From the NCBI GenBank assembly GCA_964057225.1, contig OZ059898.1, positions 992,001 through 1,056,000 on the forward strand: 64,000 bases of DNA. Direction: 5' to 3'. The notes under the pieces are model-generated. The model did no database searches, was not told where the DNA came from, and saw only the letters and a program-made list of their open reading frames with translations. Both the position numbers and the translations under genes were made by a program. Origin of the DNA: Auanema rhodensis (Eukaryota > Animalia > Nematoda). Positions 25,625 through 41,200 of the stretch are shown here, piece after piece. Within the stretch, counting starts at the first letter, position 1. The number at the start of each line of letters is the position of its first letter.

Positions 25625-28600
25625 GCCTTGAAAAATGGAATCTAAAAACATCTACTTTTTGCTAAATTATTTTGAAATTTTTTGAAAAAATTTTTGTCAA
25701 AATGTTTTTGGAAGCAATGTTGAGTGTACATGGAAACTCAACATACACTAATGCATCATTTTTCAAACGATCATAACTAATTTTTGTATTAAGCGTTTCT
25801 CAATGTAATATAGTGCATTCGATGCGGATTTTTAAGCTGCGTCGATCTGTGTTATCAGATTTGCGCTAGCTTAAAAATGCACCGAGATATCGACTGATAT
25901 AAGTTCACACTTATATCCTCGATTTTCACCCTGAAGAATTAATTTTTTCGTTGAATAACATTGTCCATCGTCTTTGCCTTGAAAAATGGAATCTAAAAAC
26001 ATCTACTTTTTGCTAAATTATTTTGAAATTTTTTGAAAAAATTTTTGTCAAAATGTTTTTGGAAGCAATGTTGAGTGTACATGGAAACTCAACATACACT
26101 AATGCATCATTTTTCAAACGATCATAACTAATTTTTGTATTAAGCGTTTCTCAATGTAATATAGTGCATTTGATGCGGATTTTTAAGCTGCGTCGATCTG
26201 TGTTATCAGATTTGCGCTAGCTTAAAAATGCACCGAGATATCAACTGATATAAGTTCACACTTATATCCTCGATTTTCACCCTGAAGAATTAATTTTTTC
26301 GTTGAATAACATTGTCCATCGTCTTTGCCTTGAAAAAAGGAATCTAAAAACATCTACTTTTTGCTAAATTATTTTGAAATTTTTCGAAAACATTTTTGTC
26401 AAAATGTTTTTGGAAGCAATGTTGAGTGTACATGGAAACTCAACATACACTAATGCATCATTTTTCAAACGATCATAACTAATTTTTGTATTAAGCGTTT
26501 CTCAATGTAGTATAGTGCATTTGATGCGGATTTTTAAGCTGCGTCGATCTGTGTTATCAGATTTGCGCTAGCTTTAAAATGCACCGAGATATCAACTGAT
26601 ATAAGTTCACACTTATATCCTCGATTTTCACCCTGAAGAATTAATTTTTTCGTTGAATAACATTGTCCATCGTCTTTGCCTTGAAAAAAGGAATCTAAAA
26701 ACATCTACTTTTTGCTAAATTATTTTGAAATTTTTCGAAAAAATTTTTGTCAAAATGTTTTTGGAAGCAATGTTGAGTGTACATGGAAACTCAACATACA
26801 CTAATGCATCATTTTTCAAACGATCATAACTAATTTTTGTATTAAGCGTTTCTCAATGTAATATAGTGCATTTGATGCGGATTTTTAAGCTGCGTCGATC
26901 TGTGTTATCAGATTTGCGCTAGCTTAAAAATGCACCGAGATATCAACTGATATAAGTTTACACTTATATCCTCGATTTTCACCCTGAAGAATTAATTTTT
27001 TCGTTGAATAACATTATCCATCGTCTTTGCCTTGAAAAATGGAATCTAAAAACATCTACTTTTTGCTAAATTATCTTGAAATTTTTCGAAAAAATTTTTG
27101 TCAAAATGTTTTTGGAAGCAATGTTGAGTGTACATGGAAACTCAACATACACTAATGCATCATTTTTCAAACGATCATAACTAATTTTTGTATTAAGCGT
27201 TTCTCAATGTAATATAGTGCATTCGATGCGGATTTTTAAGCTGCGTCGATCTGTGTTATCAGATTTGCGCTAGCTTAAAAATGCACCGAGATATCGACTG
27301 ATATAAGTTCACACTTATATCCTCGATTTTCACCCTGAAGAATTAATTTTTTCGTTGAATAACATTGTCCATCGTCTTTGCCTTGAAAAATGGAATCTAA
27401 AAACATCTACTTTTTGCTAAATTATTTTGAAATTTTTTGAAAAAATTTTTGTCAAAATGTTTTTGGAAGCAATGTTGAGTGTACATGGAAACTCAACATA
27501 CACTAATGCATCATTTTTCAAACGATCATAACTAATTTTTGTATTAAGCGTTTCTCAATGTAATATAGTGCATTCGATGCGGATTTTTAAGCTGCGTCGA
27601 TCTGTGTTATCAGATTTGCGCTAGCTTAAAAATGCACCGAGATATCGACTGATATAAGTTCACACTTATATCCTCGATTTTCACCCTGAAGAATTAATTT
27701 TTTCGTTGAATAACATTGTCCATCGTCTTTGCCTTGAAAAATGGAATCTAAAAACATCTACTTTTTGCTAAATTATCTTGAAATTTTTCGAAAAAATTTT
27801 TGTCAAAATGTTTTTGGAAGCAATGTTGAGTGTACATGGAAACTCAACATACACTAATGCATCATTTTTCAAACGATCATAACTAATTTTTGTATTAAGC
27901 GTTTCTCAATGTAATATAGTGCATTCGATGCGGATTTTTAAGCTGCGTCGATCTGTGTTATCAGATTTGCGCTAGCTTAAAAATGCACCGAGATATCGAC
28001 TGATATAAGTTCACACTTATATCCTCGATTTTCACCCTGAAGAATTAATTTTTTCGTTGAATAACATTGTCCATCGTCTTTGCCTTGAAAAATGGAATCT
28101 AAAAACATCTACTTTTTGCTAAATTATTTTGAAATTTTTTGAAAAAATTTTTGTCAAAATGTTTTTGGAAGCAATGTTGAGTGTACATGGAAACTCAACA
28201 TACACTAATGCATCATTTTTCAAACGATCATAACTAATTTTTGTATTAAGCGTTTCTCAATGTAATATAGTGCATTCGATGCGGATTTTTAAGCTGCGTC
28301 GATCTGTGTTATCAGATTTGCGCTAGCTTAAAAATGCACCGAGATATCGACTGATATAAGTTCACACTTATATCCTCGATTTTCACCCTGAAGAATTAAT
28401 TTTTTCGTTGAATAACATTGTCCATCGTCTTTGCCTTGAAAAATGGAATCTAAAAACATCTACTTTTTGCTAAATTATTTTGAAATTTTTTGAAAAAATT
28501 TTTGTCAAAATGTTTTTGGAAGCAATGTTGAGTGTACATGGAAACTCAACATACACTAATGCATCATTTTTCAAACGATCATAACTAATTTTTGTATTAA

Positions 28601-31600
28601 GCGTTTCTCAATGTAGTATAGTGCATTCGATGCGGATTTTTAAGCTGCGTCGATCTGTGTTATCAGATTTGCGCTAGCTTAAAAATGCACCGAGATATCA
28701 ACTGACATAAGTTTACACTTATATCCTCGATTTTCACCCTGAAGAATTAATTTTTTCGTTGAATAACATTATCCATCGTCTTTGCCTTAAAAAATGGAAT
28801 CTAAAAACATCTACTTTTTGCTAAATTATCTTGAAATTTTTCGAAAAAATTTTTGTCAAAATGTTTTTGGAAGCAATGTTGAGTGTACATGGAAACTCAA
28901 CATACACTAATGCATCATTTTTCAAACGATCATAACTAATTTTTGTATTAAGCGTTTCTCAATGTAATATAGTGCATTCGATGCGGATTTTTAAGCTGCG
29001 TCGATCTGTGTTATCAGATTTGCGCTAGCTTAAAAATGCACCGAGATATCAACTGATATAAGTTCACACTTATATCCTCGATTTTCACCCTGAAGAATTA
29101 ATTTTTTCGTTGAATAACATTGTCCATCGTCTTTGCCTTGAAAAAAGGAATCTAAAAACATCTACTTTTTGCTAAATTATTTTGAAATTTTTCGAAAACA
29201 TTTTTGTCAAAATGTTTTTGGAAGCAATGTTGAGTGTACATGGAAACTCAACATACACTAATGCATCATTTTTCAAACGATCATAACTAATTTTTGTATT
29301 AAGCGTTTCTCAATGTAGTATAGTGCATTTGATGCGGATTTTTAAGCTGCGTCGATCTGTGTTATCAGATTTGCGCTAGCTTAAAAATGCACCGAGATAT
29401 CAACTGATATAAGTTTACACTTATATCCTCGATTTTCACCCTGAAGAATTAATTTTTTCGTTGAATAACATTATCCATCGTCTTTGCCTTGAAAAAAGGA
29501 ATCTAAAAACATCTACTTTTTGCTAAATTATTTTGAAATTTTTCGAAAAAATTTTTGTCAAAATGTTTTTGGAAGCAATGTTGAGTGTACATGGAAACTC
29601 AACATACACTAATGCATCATTTTTCAAACGATCATAACTAATTTTTGTATTAAGCGTTTCTCAATGTAATATAGTGCATTTGATGCGGATTTTTAAGCTG
29701 CGTCGATCTGTGTTATCAGATTTGCGCTAGCTAAAAAATGCACCGAGATATCAACTGATATAAGTTCACACTTATATCCTCGATTTTCACCCTGAAGAAT
29801 TAATTTTTTCGTTGAATAACATTGTCCATCGTCTTTGCCTTGAAAAAAGGAATCTAAAAACATCTACTTTTTGCTAAATTATTTTGAAATTTTTCGAAAA
29901 CATTTTTGTCAAAATGTTTTTGGAAGCAATGTTGAGTGTACATGGAAACTCAACATACACTAATGCATCATTTTTCAAACGATCATAACTAATTTTTGTA
30001 TTAAGCGTTTCTCAATGTAATATAGTGCATTCGATGCGGATTTTTAAGCTGCGTCGATCTGTGTTATCAGATTTGCGCTAGCTTAAAAATGCACCGAGAT
30101 ATCGACTGATATAAGTTCACACTTATATCCTCGATTTTCACCCTGAAGAATTAATTTTTTCGTTGAATAACATTGTCCATCGTCTTTGCCTTGAAAAAAG
30201 GAATCTAAAAACATCTACTTTTTGCTAAATTATTTTGAAATTTTTCGAAAACATTTTTGTCAAAATGTTTTTGGAAGCAATGTTGAGTGTACATGGAAAC
30301 TCAACATACACTAATGCATCATTTTTCAAACGATCATAACTAATTTTTGTATTAAGCGTTTCTCAATGTAATATAGTGCATTTGATGCGGATTTTTAAGC
30401 TGCGTCGATCTGTGTTATCAGATTTGCGCTAGCTTAAAAATGCACCGAGATATCAACTGATATAAGTTCACACTTATATCCTCGATTTTCACCCTGAAGA
30501 ATTAATTTTTTCGTTGAATAACATTGTCCATCGTCTTTGCCTTGAAAAAAGGAATCTAAAAACATCTACTTTTTGCTAAATTATTTTGAAATTTTTCGAA
30601 AACATTTTTGTCAAAATGTTTTTGGAAGCAATGTTGAGTGTACATGGAAACTCAACATACACTAATGCATCATTTTTCAAACGATCATAACTAATTTTTG
30701 TATTAAGCGTTTCTCAATGTAGTATAGTGCATTTGATGCGGATTTTTAAGCTGCGTCGATCTGTGTTATCAGATTTGCGCTAGCTTTAAAATGCACCGAG
30801 ATATCAACTGATATAAGTTCACACTTATATCCTCGATTTTCACCCTGAAGAATTAATTTTTTCGTTGAATAACATTGTCCATCGTCTTTGCCTTGAAAAA
30901 AGGAATCTAAAAACATCTACTTTTTGCTAAATTATTTTGAAATTTTTCGAAAACATTTTTGTCAAAATGTTTTTGGAAGCAATGTTGAGTGTACATGGAA
31001 ACTCAACATACACTAATGCATCATTTTTCAAACGATCATAACTAATTTTTGTATTAAGCGTTTCTCAATGTAATATAGTGCATTCGATGCGGATTTTTAA
31101 GCTGCGTCGATCTGTGTTATCAGATTTGCGCTAGCTTAAAAATGCACCGAGATATCGACTGATATAAGTTCACACTTATATCCTCGATTTTCACCCTGAA
31201 GAATTAATTTTTTCGTTGAATAACATTGTCCATCGTCTTTGCCTTGAAAAATGGAATCTAAAAACATCTACTTTTTGCTAAATTATTTTGAAATTTTTTG
31301 AAAAAATTTTTGTCAAAATGTTTTTGGAAGCAATGTTGAGTGTACATGGAAACTCAACATACACTAATGCATCATTTTTCAAACGATCATAACTAATTTT
31401 TGTATTAAGCGTTTCTCAATGTAATATAGTGCATTCGATGCGGATTTTTAAGCTGCGTCGATCTGTGTTATCAGATTTGCGCTAGCTTAAAAATGCACCG
31501 AGATATCGACTGATATAAGTTCACACTTATATCCTCGATTTTCACCCTGAAGAATTAATTTTTTCGTTGAATAACATTGTCCATCGTCTTTGCCTTGAAA

Positions 31601-34600
31601 AATGGAATCTAAAAACATCTACTTTTTGCTAAATTATTTTGAAATTTTTTGAAAAAATTTTTGTCAAAATGTTTTTGGAAGCAATGTTGAGTGTACATGG
31701 AAACTCAACATACACTAATGCATCATTTTTCAAACGATCATAACTAATTTTTGTATTAAGCGTTTCTCAATGTAATATAGTGCATTTGATGCGGATTTTT
31801 AAGCTGCGTCGATCTGTGTTATCAGATTTGCGCTAGCTTAAAAATGCACCGAGATATCAACTGATATAAGTTCACACTTATATCCTCGATTTTCACCCTG
31901 AAGAATTAATTTTTTCGTTGAATAACATTGTCCATCGTCTTTGCCTTGAAAAAAGGAATCTAAAAACATCTACTTTTTGCTAAATTATTTTGAAATTTTT
32001 CGAAAACATTTTTGTCAAAATGTTTTTGGAAGCAATGTTGAGTGTACATGGAAACTCAACATACACTAATGCATCATTTTTCAAACGATCATAACTAATT
32101 TTTGTATTAAGCGTTTCTCAATGTAATATAGTGCATTTGATGCGGATTTTTAAGCTGCGTCGATCTGTGTTATCAGATTTGCGCTAGCTTAAAAATGCAC
32201 CGAGATATCAACTGATATAAGTTCACACTTATATCCTCGATTTTCACCCTGAAGAATTAATTTTTTCGTTGAATAACATTGTCCATCGTCTTTGCCTTGA
32301 AAAAAGGAATCTAAAAACATCTACTTTTTGCTAAATTATTTTGAAATTTTTCGAAAACATTTTTGTCAAAATGTTTTTGGAAGCAATGTTGAGTGTACAT
32401 GGAAACTCAACATACACTAATGCATCATTTTTCAAACGATCATAACTAATTTTTGTATTAAGCGTTTCTCAATGTAGTATAGTGCATTTGATGCGGATTT
32501 TTAAGCTGCGTCGATCTGTGTTATCAGATTTGCGCTAGCTTTAAAATGCACCGAGATATCAACTGATATAAGTTCACACTTATATCCTCGATTTTCACCC
32601 TGAAGAATTAATTTTTTCGTTGAATAACATTGTCCATCGTCTTTGCCTTGAAAAAAGGAATCTAAAAACATCTACTTTTTGCTAAATTATTTTGAAATTT
32701 TTCGAAAACATTTTTGTCAAAATGTTTTTGGAAGCAATGTTGAGTGTACATGGAAACTCAACATACACTAATGCATCATTTTTCAAACGATCATAACTAA
32801 TTTTTGTATTAAGCGTTTCTCAATGTAATATAGTGCATTCGATGCGGATTTTTAAGCTGCGTCGATCTGTGTTATCAGATTTGCGCTAGCTTAAAAATGC
32901 ACCGAGATATCGACTGATATAAGTTCACACTTATATCCTCGATTTTCACCCTGAAGAATTAATTTTTTCGTTGAATAACATTGTCCATCGTCTTTGCCTT
33001 GAAAAATGGAATCTAAAAACATCTACTTTTTGCTAAATTATTTTGAAATTTTTTGAAAAAATTTTTGTCAAAATGTTTTTGGAAGCAATGTTGAGTGTAC
33101 ATGGAAACTCAACATACACTAATGCATCATTTTTCAAACGATCATAACTAATTTTTGTATTAAGCGTTTCTCAATGTAATATAGTGCATTCGATGCGGAT
33201 TTTTAAGCTGCGTCGATCTGTGTTATCAGATTTGCGCTAGCTTAAAAATGCACCGAGATATCGACTGATATAAGTTCACACTTATATCCTCGATTTTCAC
33301 CCTGAAGAATTAATTTTTTCGTTGAATAACATTGTCCATCGTCTTTGCCTTGAAAAATGGAATCTAAAAACATCTACTTTTTGCTAAATTATTTTGAAAT
33401 TTTTTGAAAAAATTTTTGTCAAAATGTTTTTGGAAGCAATGTTGAGTGTACATGGAAACTCAACATACACTAATGCATCATTTTTCAAACGATCATAACT
33501 AATTTTTGTATTAAGCGTTTCTCAATGTAATATAGTGCATTTGATGCGGATTTTTAAGCTGCGTCGATCTGTGTTATCAGATTTGCGCTAGCTTAAAAAT
33601 GCACCGAGATATCAACTGATATAAGTTCACACTTATATCCTCGATTTTCACCCTGAAGAATTAATTTTTTCGTTGAATAACATTGTCCATCGTCTTTGCC
33701 TTGAAAAAAGGAATCTAAAAACATCTACTTTTTGCTAAATTATTTTGAAATTTTTCGAAAACATTTTTGTCAAAATGTTTTTGGAAGCAATGTTGAGTGT
33801 ACATGGAAACTCAACATACACTAATGCATCATTTTTCAAACAATCATAACTAATTTTTGTATTAAGCGTTTCTCAATGTAGTATAGTGCATTTGATGCGG
33901 ATTTTTAAGCTGCGTCGATCTGTGTTATCAGATTTGCGCTAGCTTTAAAATGCACCGAGATATCAACTGATATAAGTTCACACTTATATCCTCGATTTTC
34001 ACCCTGAAGAATTAATTTTTTCGTTGAATAACATTGTCCATCGTCTTTGCCTTGAAAAAAGGAATCTAAAAACATCTACTTTTTGCTAAATTATTTTGAA
34101 ATTTTTCGAAAAAATTTTTGTCAAAATGTTTTTGGAAGCAATGTTGAGTGTACATGGAAACTCAACATACACTAATGCATCATTTTTCAAACGATCATAA
34201 CTAATTTTTGTATTAAGCGTTTCTCAATGTAATATAGTGCATTTGATGCGGATTTTTAAGCTGCGTCGATCTGTGTTATCAGATTTGCGCTAGCTTAAAA
34301 ATGCACCGAGATATCAACTGATATAAGTTTACACTTATATCCTCGATTTTCACCCTGAAGAATTAATTTTTTCGTTGAATAACATTATCCATCGTCTTTG
34401 CCTTGAAAAATGGAATCTAAAAACATCTACTTTTTGCTAAATTATCTTGAAATTTTTCGAAAAAATTTTTGTCAAAATGTTTTTGGAAGCAATGTTGAGT
34501 GTACATGGAAACTCAACATACACTAATGCATCATTTTTCAAACGATCATAACTAATTTTTGTATTAAGCGTTTCTCAATGTAATATAGTGCATTCGATGC

Positions 34601-37600
34601 GGATTTTTAAGCTGCGTCGATCTGTGTTATCAGATTTGCGCTAGCTTAAAAATGCACCGAGATATCGACTGATATAAGTTCACACTTATATCCTCGATTT
34701 TCACCCTGAAGAATTAATTTTTTCGTTGAATAACATTGTCCATCGTCTTTGCCTTGAAAAATGGAATCTAAAAACATCTACTTTTTGCTAAATTATTTTG
34801 AAATTTTTTGAAAAAATTTTTGTCAAAATGTTTTTGGAAGCAATGTTGAGTGTACATGGAAACTCAACATACACTAATGCATCATTTTTCAAACGATCAT
34901 AACTAATTTTTGTATTAAGCGTTTCTCAATGTAATATAGTGCATTCGATGCGGATTTTTAAGCTGCGTCGATCTGTGTTATCAGATTTGCGCTAGCTTAA
35001 AAATGCACCGAGATATCGACTGATATAAGTTCACACTTATATCCTCGATTTTCACCCTGAAGAATTAATTTTTTCGTTGAATAACATTGTCCATCGTCTT
35101 TGCCTTGAAAAATGGAATCTAAAAACATCTACTTTTTGCTAAATTATCTTGAAATTTTTCGAAAAAATTTTTGTCAAAATGTTTTTGGAAGCAATGTTGA
35201 GTGTACATGGAAACTCAACATACACTAATGCATCATTTTTCAAACGATCATAACTAATTTTTGTATTAAGCGTTTCTCAATGTAATATAGTGCATTCGAT
35301 GCGGATTTTTAAGCTGCGTCGATCTGTGTTATCAGATTTGCGCTAGCTTAAAAATGCACCGAGATATCGACTGATATAAGTTCACACTTATATCCTCGAT
35401 TTTCACCCTGAAGAATTAATTTTTTCGTTGAATAACATTGTCCATCGTCTTTGCCTTGAAAAATGGAATCTAAAAACATCTACTTTTTGCTAAATTATTT
35501 TGAAATTTTTTGAAAAAATTTTTGTCAAAATGTTTTTGGAAGCAATGTTGAGTGTACATGGAAACTCAACATACACTAATGCATCATTTTTCAAACGATC
35601 ATAACTAATTTTTGTATTAAGCGTTTCTCAATGTAATATAGTGCATTCGATGCGGATTTTTAAGCTGCGTCGATCTGTGTTATCAGATTTGCGCTAGCTT
35701 AAAAATGCACCGAGATATCGACTGATATAAGTTCACACTTATATCCTCGATTTTCACCCTGAAGAATTAATTTTTTCGTTGAATTACATTGTCCATCGTC
35801 TTTGCCTTGAAAAATGGAATCTAAAAACATCTACTTTTTGCTAAATTATTTTGAAATTTTTTGAAAAAATTTTTGTCAAAATGTTTTTGGAAGCAATGTT
35901 GAGTGTACATGGAAACTCAACATACACTAATGCATCATTTTTCAAACGATCATAACTAATTTTTGTATTAAGCGTTTCTCAATGTAGTATAGTGCATTCG
36001 ATGCGGATTTTTAAGCTGCGTCGATCTGTGTTATCAGATTTGCGCTAGCTTAAAAATGCACCGAGATATCAACTGACATAAGTTTACACTTATATCCTCG
36101 ATTTTCACCCTGAAGAATTAATTTTTTCGTTGAATAACATTATCCATCGTCTTTGCCTTAAAAAATGGAATCTAAAAACATCTACTTTTTGCTAAATTAT
36201 CTTGAAATTTTTCGAAAAAATTTTTGTCAAAATGTTTTTGGAAGCAATGTTGAGTGTACATGGAAACTCAACATACACTAATGCATCATTTTTCAAACGA
36301 TCATAACTAATTTTTGTATTAAGCGTTTCTCAATGTAATATAGTGCATTCGATGCGGATTTTTAAGCTGCGTCGATCTGTGTTATCAGATTTGCGCTAGC
36401 TTAAAAATGCACCGAGATATCAACTGATATAAGTTCACACTTATATCCTCGATTTTCACCCTGAAGAATTAATTTTTTCGTTGAATAACATTGTCCATCG
36501 TCTTTGCCTTGAAAAAAGGAATCTAAAAACATCTACTTTTTGCTAAATTATTTTGAAATTTTTCGAAAACATTTTTGTCAAAATGTTTTTGGAAGCAATG
36601 TTGAGTGTACATGGAAACTCAACATACACTAATGCATCATTTTTCAAACGATCATAACTAATTTTTGTATTAAGCGTTTCTCAATGTAGTATAGTGCATT
36701 TGATGCGGATTTTTAAGCTGCGTCGATCTGTGTTATCAGATTTGCGCTAGCTTAAAAATGCACCGAGATATCAACTGATATAAGTTTACACTTATATCCT
36801 CGATTTTCACCCTGAAGAATTAATTTTTTCGTTGAATAACATTATCCATCGTCTTTGCCTTGAAAAAAGGAATCTAAAAACATCTACTTTTTGCTAAATT
36901 ATTTTGAAATTTTTCGAAAAAATTTTTGTCAAAATGTTTTTGGAAGCAATGTTGAGTGTACATGGAAACTCAACATACACTAATGCATCATTTTTCAAAC
37001 GATCATAACTAATTTTTGTATTAAGCGTTTCTCCATGTAATATAATGCATTTGATGCGGATTTTTAAGCTGCGTCGATCTGTGTTATCAGATTTGCGCTA
37101 GCTAAAAAATGCACCGAGATATCAACTGATATAAGTTCACACTTATATCCTCGATTTTCACCCTGAAGAATTAATTTTTTCGTTGAATAACATTGTCCAT
37201 CGTCTTTGCCTTGAAAAAAGGAATCTAAAAACATCTACTTTTTGCTAAATTATTTTGAAATTTTTCGAAAACATTTTTGTCAAAATGTTTTTGGAAGCAA
37301 TGTTGAGTGTACATGGAAACTCAACATACACTAATGCATCATTTTTCAAACGATCATAACTAATTTTTGTATTAAGCGTTTCTCAATGTAATATAGTGCA
37401 TTCGATGCGGATTTTTAAGCTGCGTCGATCTGTGTTATCAGATTTGCGCTAGCTTAAAAATGCACCGAGATATCGACTGATATAAGTTCACACTTATATC
37501 CTCGATTTTCACCCTGAAGAATTAATTTTTTCGTTGAATAACATTGTCCATCGTCTTTGCCTTGAAAAAAGGAATCTAAAAACATCTACTTTTTGCTAAA

Positions 37601-38260
37601 TTATTTTGAAATTTTTCGAAAACATTTTTGTCAAAATGTTTTTGGAAGCAATGTTGAGTGTACATGGAAACTCAACATACACTAATGCATCATTTTTCAA
37701 ACGATCATAACTAATTTTTGTATTAAGCGTTTCTCAATGTAATATAGTGCATTTGATGCGGATTTTTAAGCTGCGTCGATCTGTGTTATCAGATTTGCGC
37801 TAGCTTAAAAATGCACCGAGATATCAACTGATATAAGTTCACACTTATATCCTCGATTTTCACCCTGAAGAATTAATTTTTTCGTTGAATAACATTGTCC
37901 ATCGTCTTTGCCTTGAAAAAAGGAATCTAAAAACATCTACTTTTTGCTAAATTATTTTGAAATTTTTCGAAAACATTTTTGTCAAAATGTTTTTGGAAGC
38001 AATGTTGAGTGTACATGGAAACTCAACATACACTAATGCATCATTTTTCAAACGATCATAACTAATTTTTGTATTAAGCGTTTCTCAATGTAGTATAGTG
38101 CATTTGATGCGGATTTTTAAGCTGCGTCGATCTGTGTTATCAGATTTGCGCTAGCTTTAAAATGCACCGAGATATCAACTGATATAAGTTCACACTTATA
38201 TCCTCGATTTTCACCCTGAAGAATTAATTTTTTCGTTGAATAACATTGTCCATCGTCTTT
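25625..38260. repeat. Duplicated 15-monomer block (copies 74-88 vs 95-109, offset 7371 bp), overlapping a nested 5-mer duplication
   Basis: Haplotype order matches across the two blocks, with markers at 28706/36077 and 29733/37104. Copies 87-91 repeat as 92-96. Confidence 0.75.
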
Positions 38261-41200
38261 GCCTTGAAAAAAGGAATCTAAAAACATCTACTTTTTGCTA
38301 AATTATTTTGAAATTTTTCGAAAAAATTTTTGTCAAAATGTTTTTGGAAGCAATGTTGAGTGTACATGGAAACTCAACATACACTAATGCATCATTTTTC
38401 AAACGATCATAACTAATTTTTGTATTAAGCGTTTCTCAATGTAATATAGTGCATTTGATGCGGATTTTTAAGCTGCGTCGATCTGTGTTATCAGATTTGC
38501 GCTAGCTTAAAAATGCACCGAGATATCAACTGATATAAGTTTACACTTATATCCTCGATTTTCACCCTGAAGAATTAATTTTTTCGTTGAATAACATTAT
38601 CCATCGTCTTTGCCTTGAAAAAAGGAATCTAAAAACATCTACTTTTTGCTAAATTATTTTGAAATTTTTCGAAAAAATTTTTGTCAAAATGTTTTTGGAA
38701 GCAATGTTGAGTGTACATGGAAACTCAACATACACTAATGCATCATTTTTCAAACGATCATAACTAATTTTTGTATTAAGCGTTTCTCAATGTAATATAG
38801 TGCATTTGATGCGGATTTTTAAGCTGCGTCGATCTGTGTTATCAGATTTGCGCTAGCTAAAAAATGCACCGAGATATCAACTGATATAAGTTCACACTTA
38901 TATCCTCGATTTTCACCCTGAAGAATTAATTTTTTCGTTGAATAACATTGTCCATCGTCTTTGCCTTGAAAAAAGGAATCTAAAAACATCTACTTTTTGC
39001 TAAATTATTTTGAAATTTTTCGAAAACATTTTTGTCAAAATGTTTTTGGAAGCAATGTTGAGTGTACATGGAAACTCAACATACACTAATGCATCATTTT
39101 TCAAACGATCATAACTAATTTTTGTATTAAGCGTTTCTCAATGTAATATAGTGCATTCGATGCGGATTTTTAAGCTGCGTCGATCTGTGTTATCAGATTT
39201 GCGCTAGCTTAAAAATGCACCGAGATATCGACTGATATAAGTTCACACTTATATCCTCGATTTTCACCCTGAAGAATTAATTTTTTCGTTGAATAACATT
39301 GTCCATCGTCTTTGCCTTGAAAAAAGGAATCTAAAAACATCTACTTTTTGCTAAATTATTTTGAAATTTTTCGAAAACATTTTTGTCAAAATGTTTTTGG
39401 AAGCAATGTTGAGTGTACATGGAAACTCAACATACACTAATGCATCATTTTTCAAACGATCATAACTAATTTTTGTATTAAGCGTTTCTCAATGTAATAT
39501 AGTGCATTTGATGCGGATTTTTAAGCTGCGTCGATCTGTGTTATCAGATTTGCGCTAGCTTAAAAATGCACCGAGATATCAACTGATATAAGTTCACACT
39601 TATATCCTCGATTTTCACCCTGAAGAATTAATTTTTTCGTTGAATAACATTGTCCATCGTCTTTGCCTTGAAAAAAGGAATCTAAAAACATCTACTTTTT
39701 GCTAAATTATTTTGAAATTTTTCGAAAACATTTTTGTCAAAATGTTTTTGGAAGCAATGTTGAGTGTACATGGAAACTCAACATACACTAATGCATCATT
39801 TTTCAAACGATCATAACTAATTTTTGTATTAAGCGTTTCTCAATGTAGTATAGTGCATTTGATGCGGATTTTTAAGCTGCGTCGATCTGTGTTATCAGAT
39901 TTGCGCTAGCTTTAAAATGCACCGAGATATCAACTGATATAAGTTCACACTTATATCCTCGATTTTCACCCTGAAGAATTAATTTTTTCGTTGAATAACA
40001 TTGTCCATCGTCTTTGCCTTGAAAAAAGGAATCTAAAAACATCTACTTTTTGCTAAATTATTTTGAAATTTTTCGAAAAAATTTTTGTCAAAATGTTTTT
40101 GGAAGCAATGTTGAGTGTACATGGAAACTCAACATACACTAATGCATCATTTTTCAAACGATCATAACTAATTCTTGTATTAAGCGTTTCTCAATGTAAT
40201 ATAGTGCATTTGATGCGGATTTTTAAGCTGCGTCGATCTGTGTTATCAGATTTGCGCTAGCTTAAAAATGCACCGAGATATCAACTGATATAAGTTTACA
40301 CTTATATCCTCGATTTTCACCCTGAAGAATTAATTTTTTCGTTGAATAACATTATCCATCGTCTTTGCCTTGAAAAAAGGAATCTAAAAACATCTACTTT
40401 TTGCTAAATTATTTTGAAATTTTTCGAAAAAATTTTTGTCAAAATGTTTTTGGAAGCAATGTTGAGTGTACATGGAAACTCAACATACACTAATGCATCA
40501 TTTTTCAAACGATCATAACTAATTTTTGTATTAAGCGTTTCTCAATGTAATATAGTGCATTTGATGCGGATTTTTAAGCTGCGTCGATCTGTGTTATCAG
40601 ATTTGCGCTAGCTAAAAAATGCACCGAGATATCAACTGATATAAGTTCACACTTATATCCTCGATTTTCACCCTGAAGAATTAATTTTTTCGTTGAATAA
40701 CATTGTCCATCGTCTTTGCCTTGAAAAAAGGAATCTAAAAACATCTACTTTTTGCTAAATTATTTTGAAATTTTTCGAAAACATTTTTGTCAAAATGTTT
40801 TTGGAAGCAATGTTGAGTGTACATGGAAACTCAACATACACTAATGCATCATTTTTCAAACGATCATAACTAATTTTTGTATTAAGCGTTTCTCAATGTA
40901 ATATAGTGCATTCGATGCGGATTTTTAAGCTGCGTCGATCTGTGTTATCAGATTTGCGCTAGCTTAAAAATGCACCGAGATATCGACTGATATAAGTTCA
41001 CACTTATATCCTCGATTTTCACCCTGAAGAATTAATTTTTTCGTTGAATAACATTGTCCATCGTCTTTGCCTTGAAAAAAGGAATCTAAAAACATCTACT
41101 TTTTGCTAAATTATTTTGAAATTTTTCGAAAACATTTTTGTCAAAATGTTTTTGGAAGCAATGTTGAGTGTACATGGAAACTCAACATACACTAATGCAT

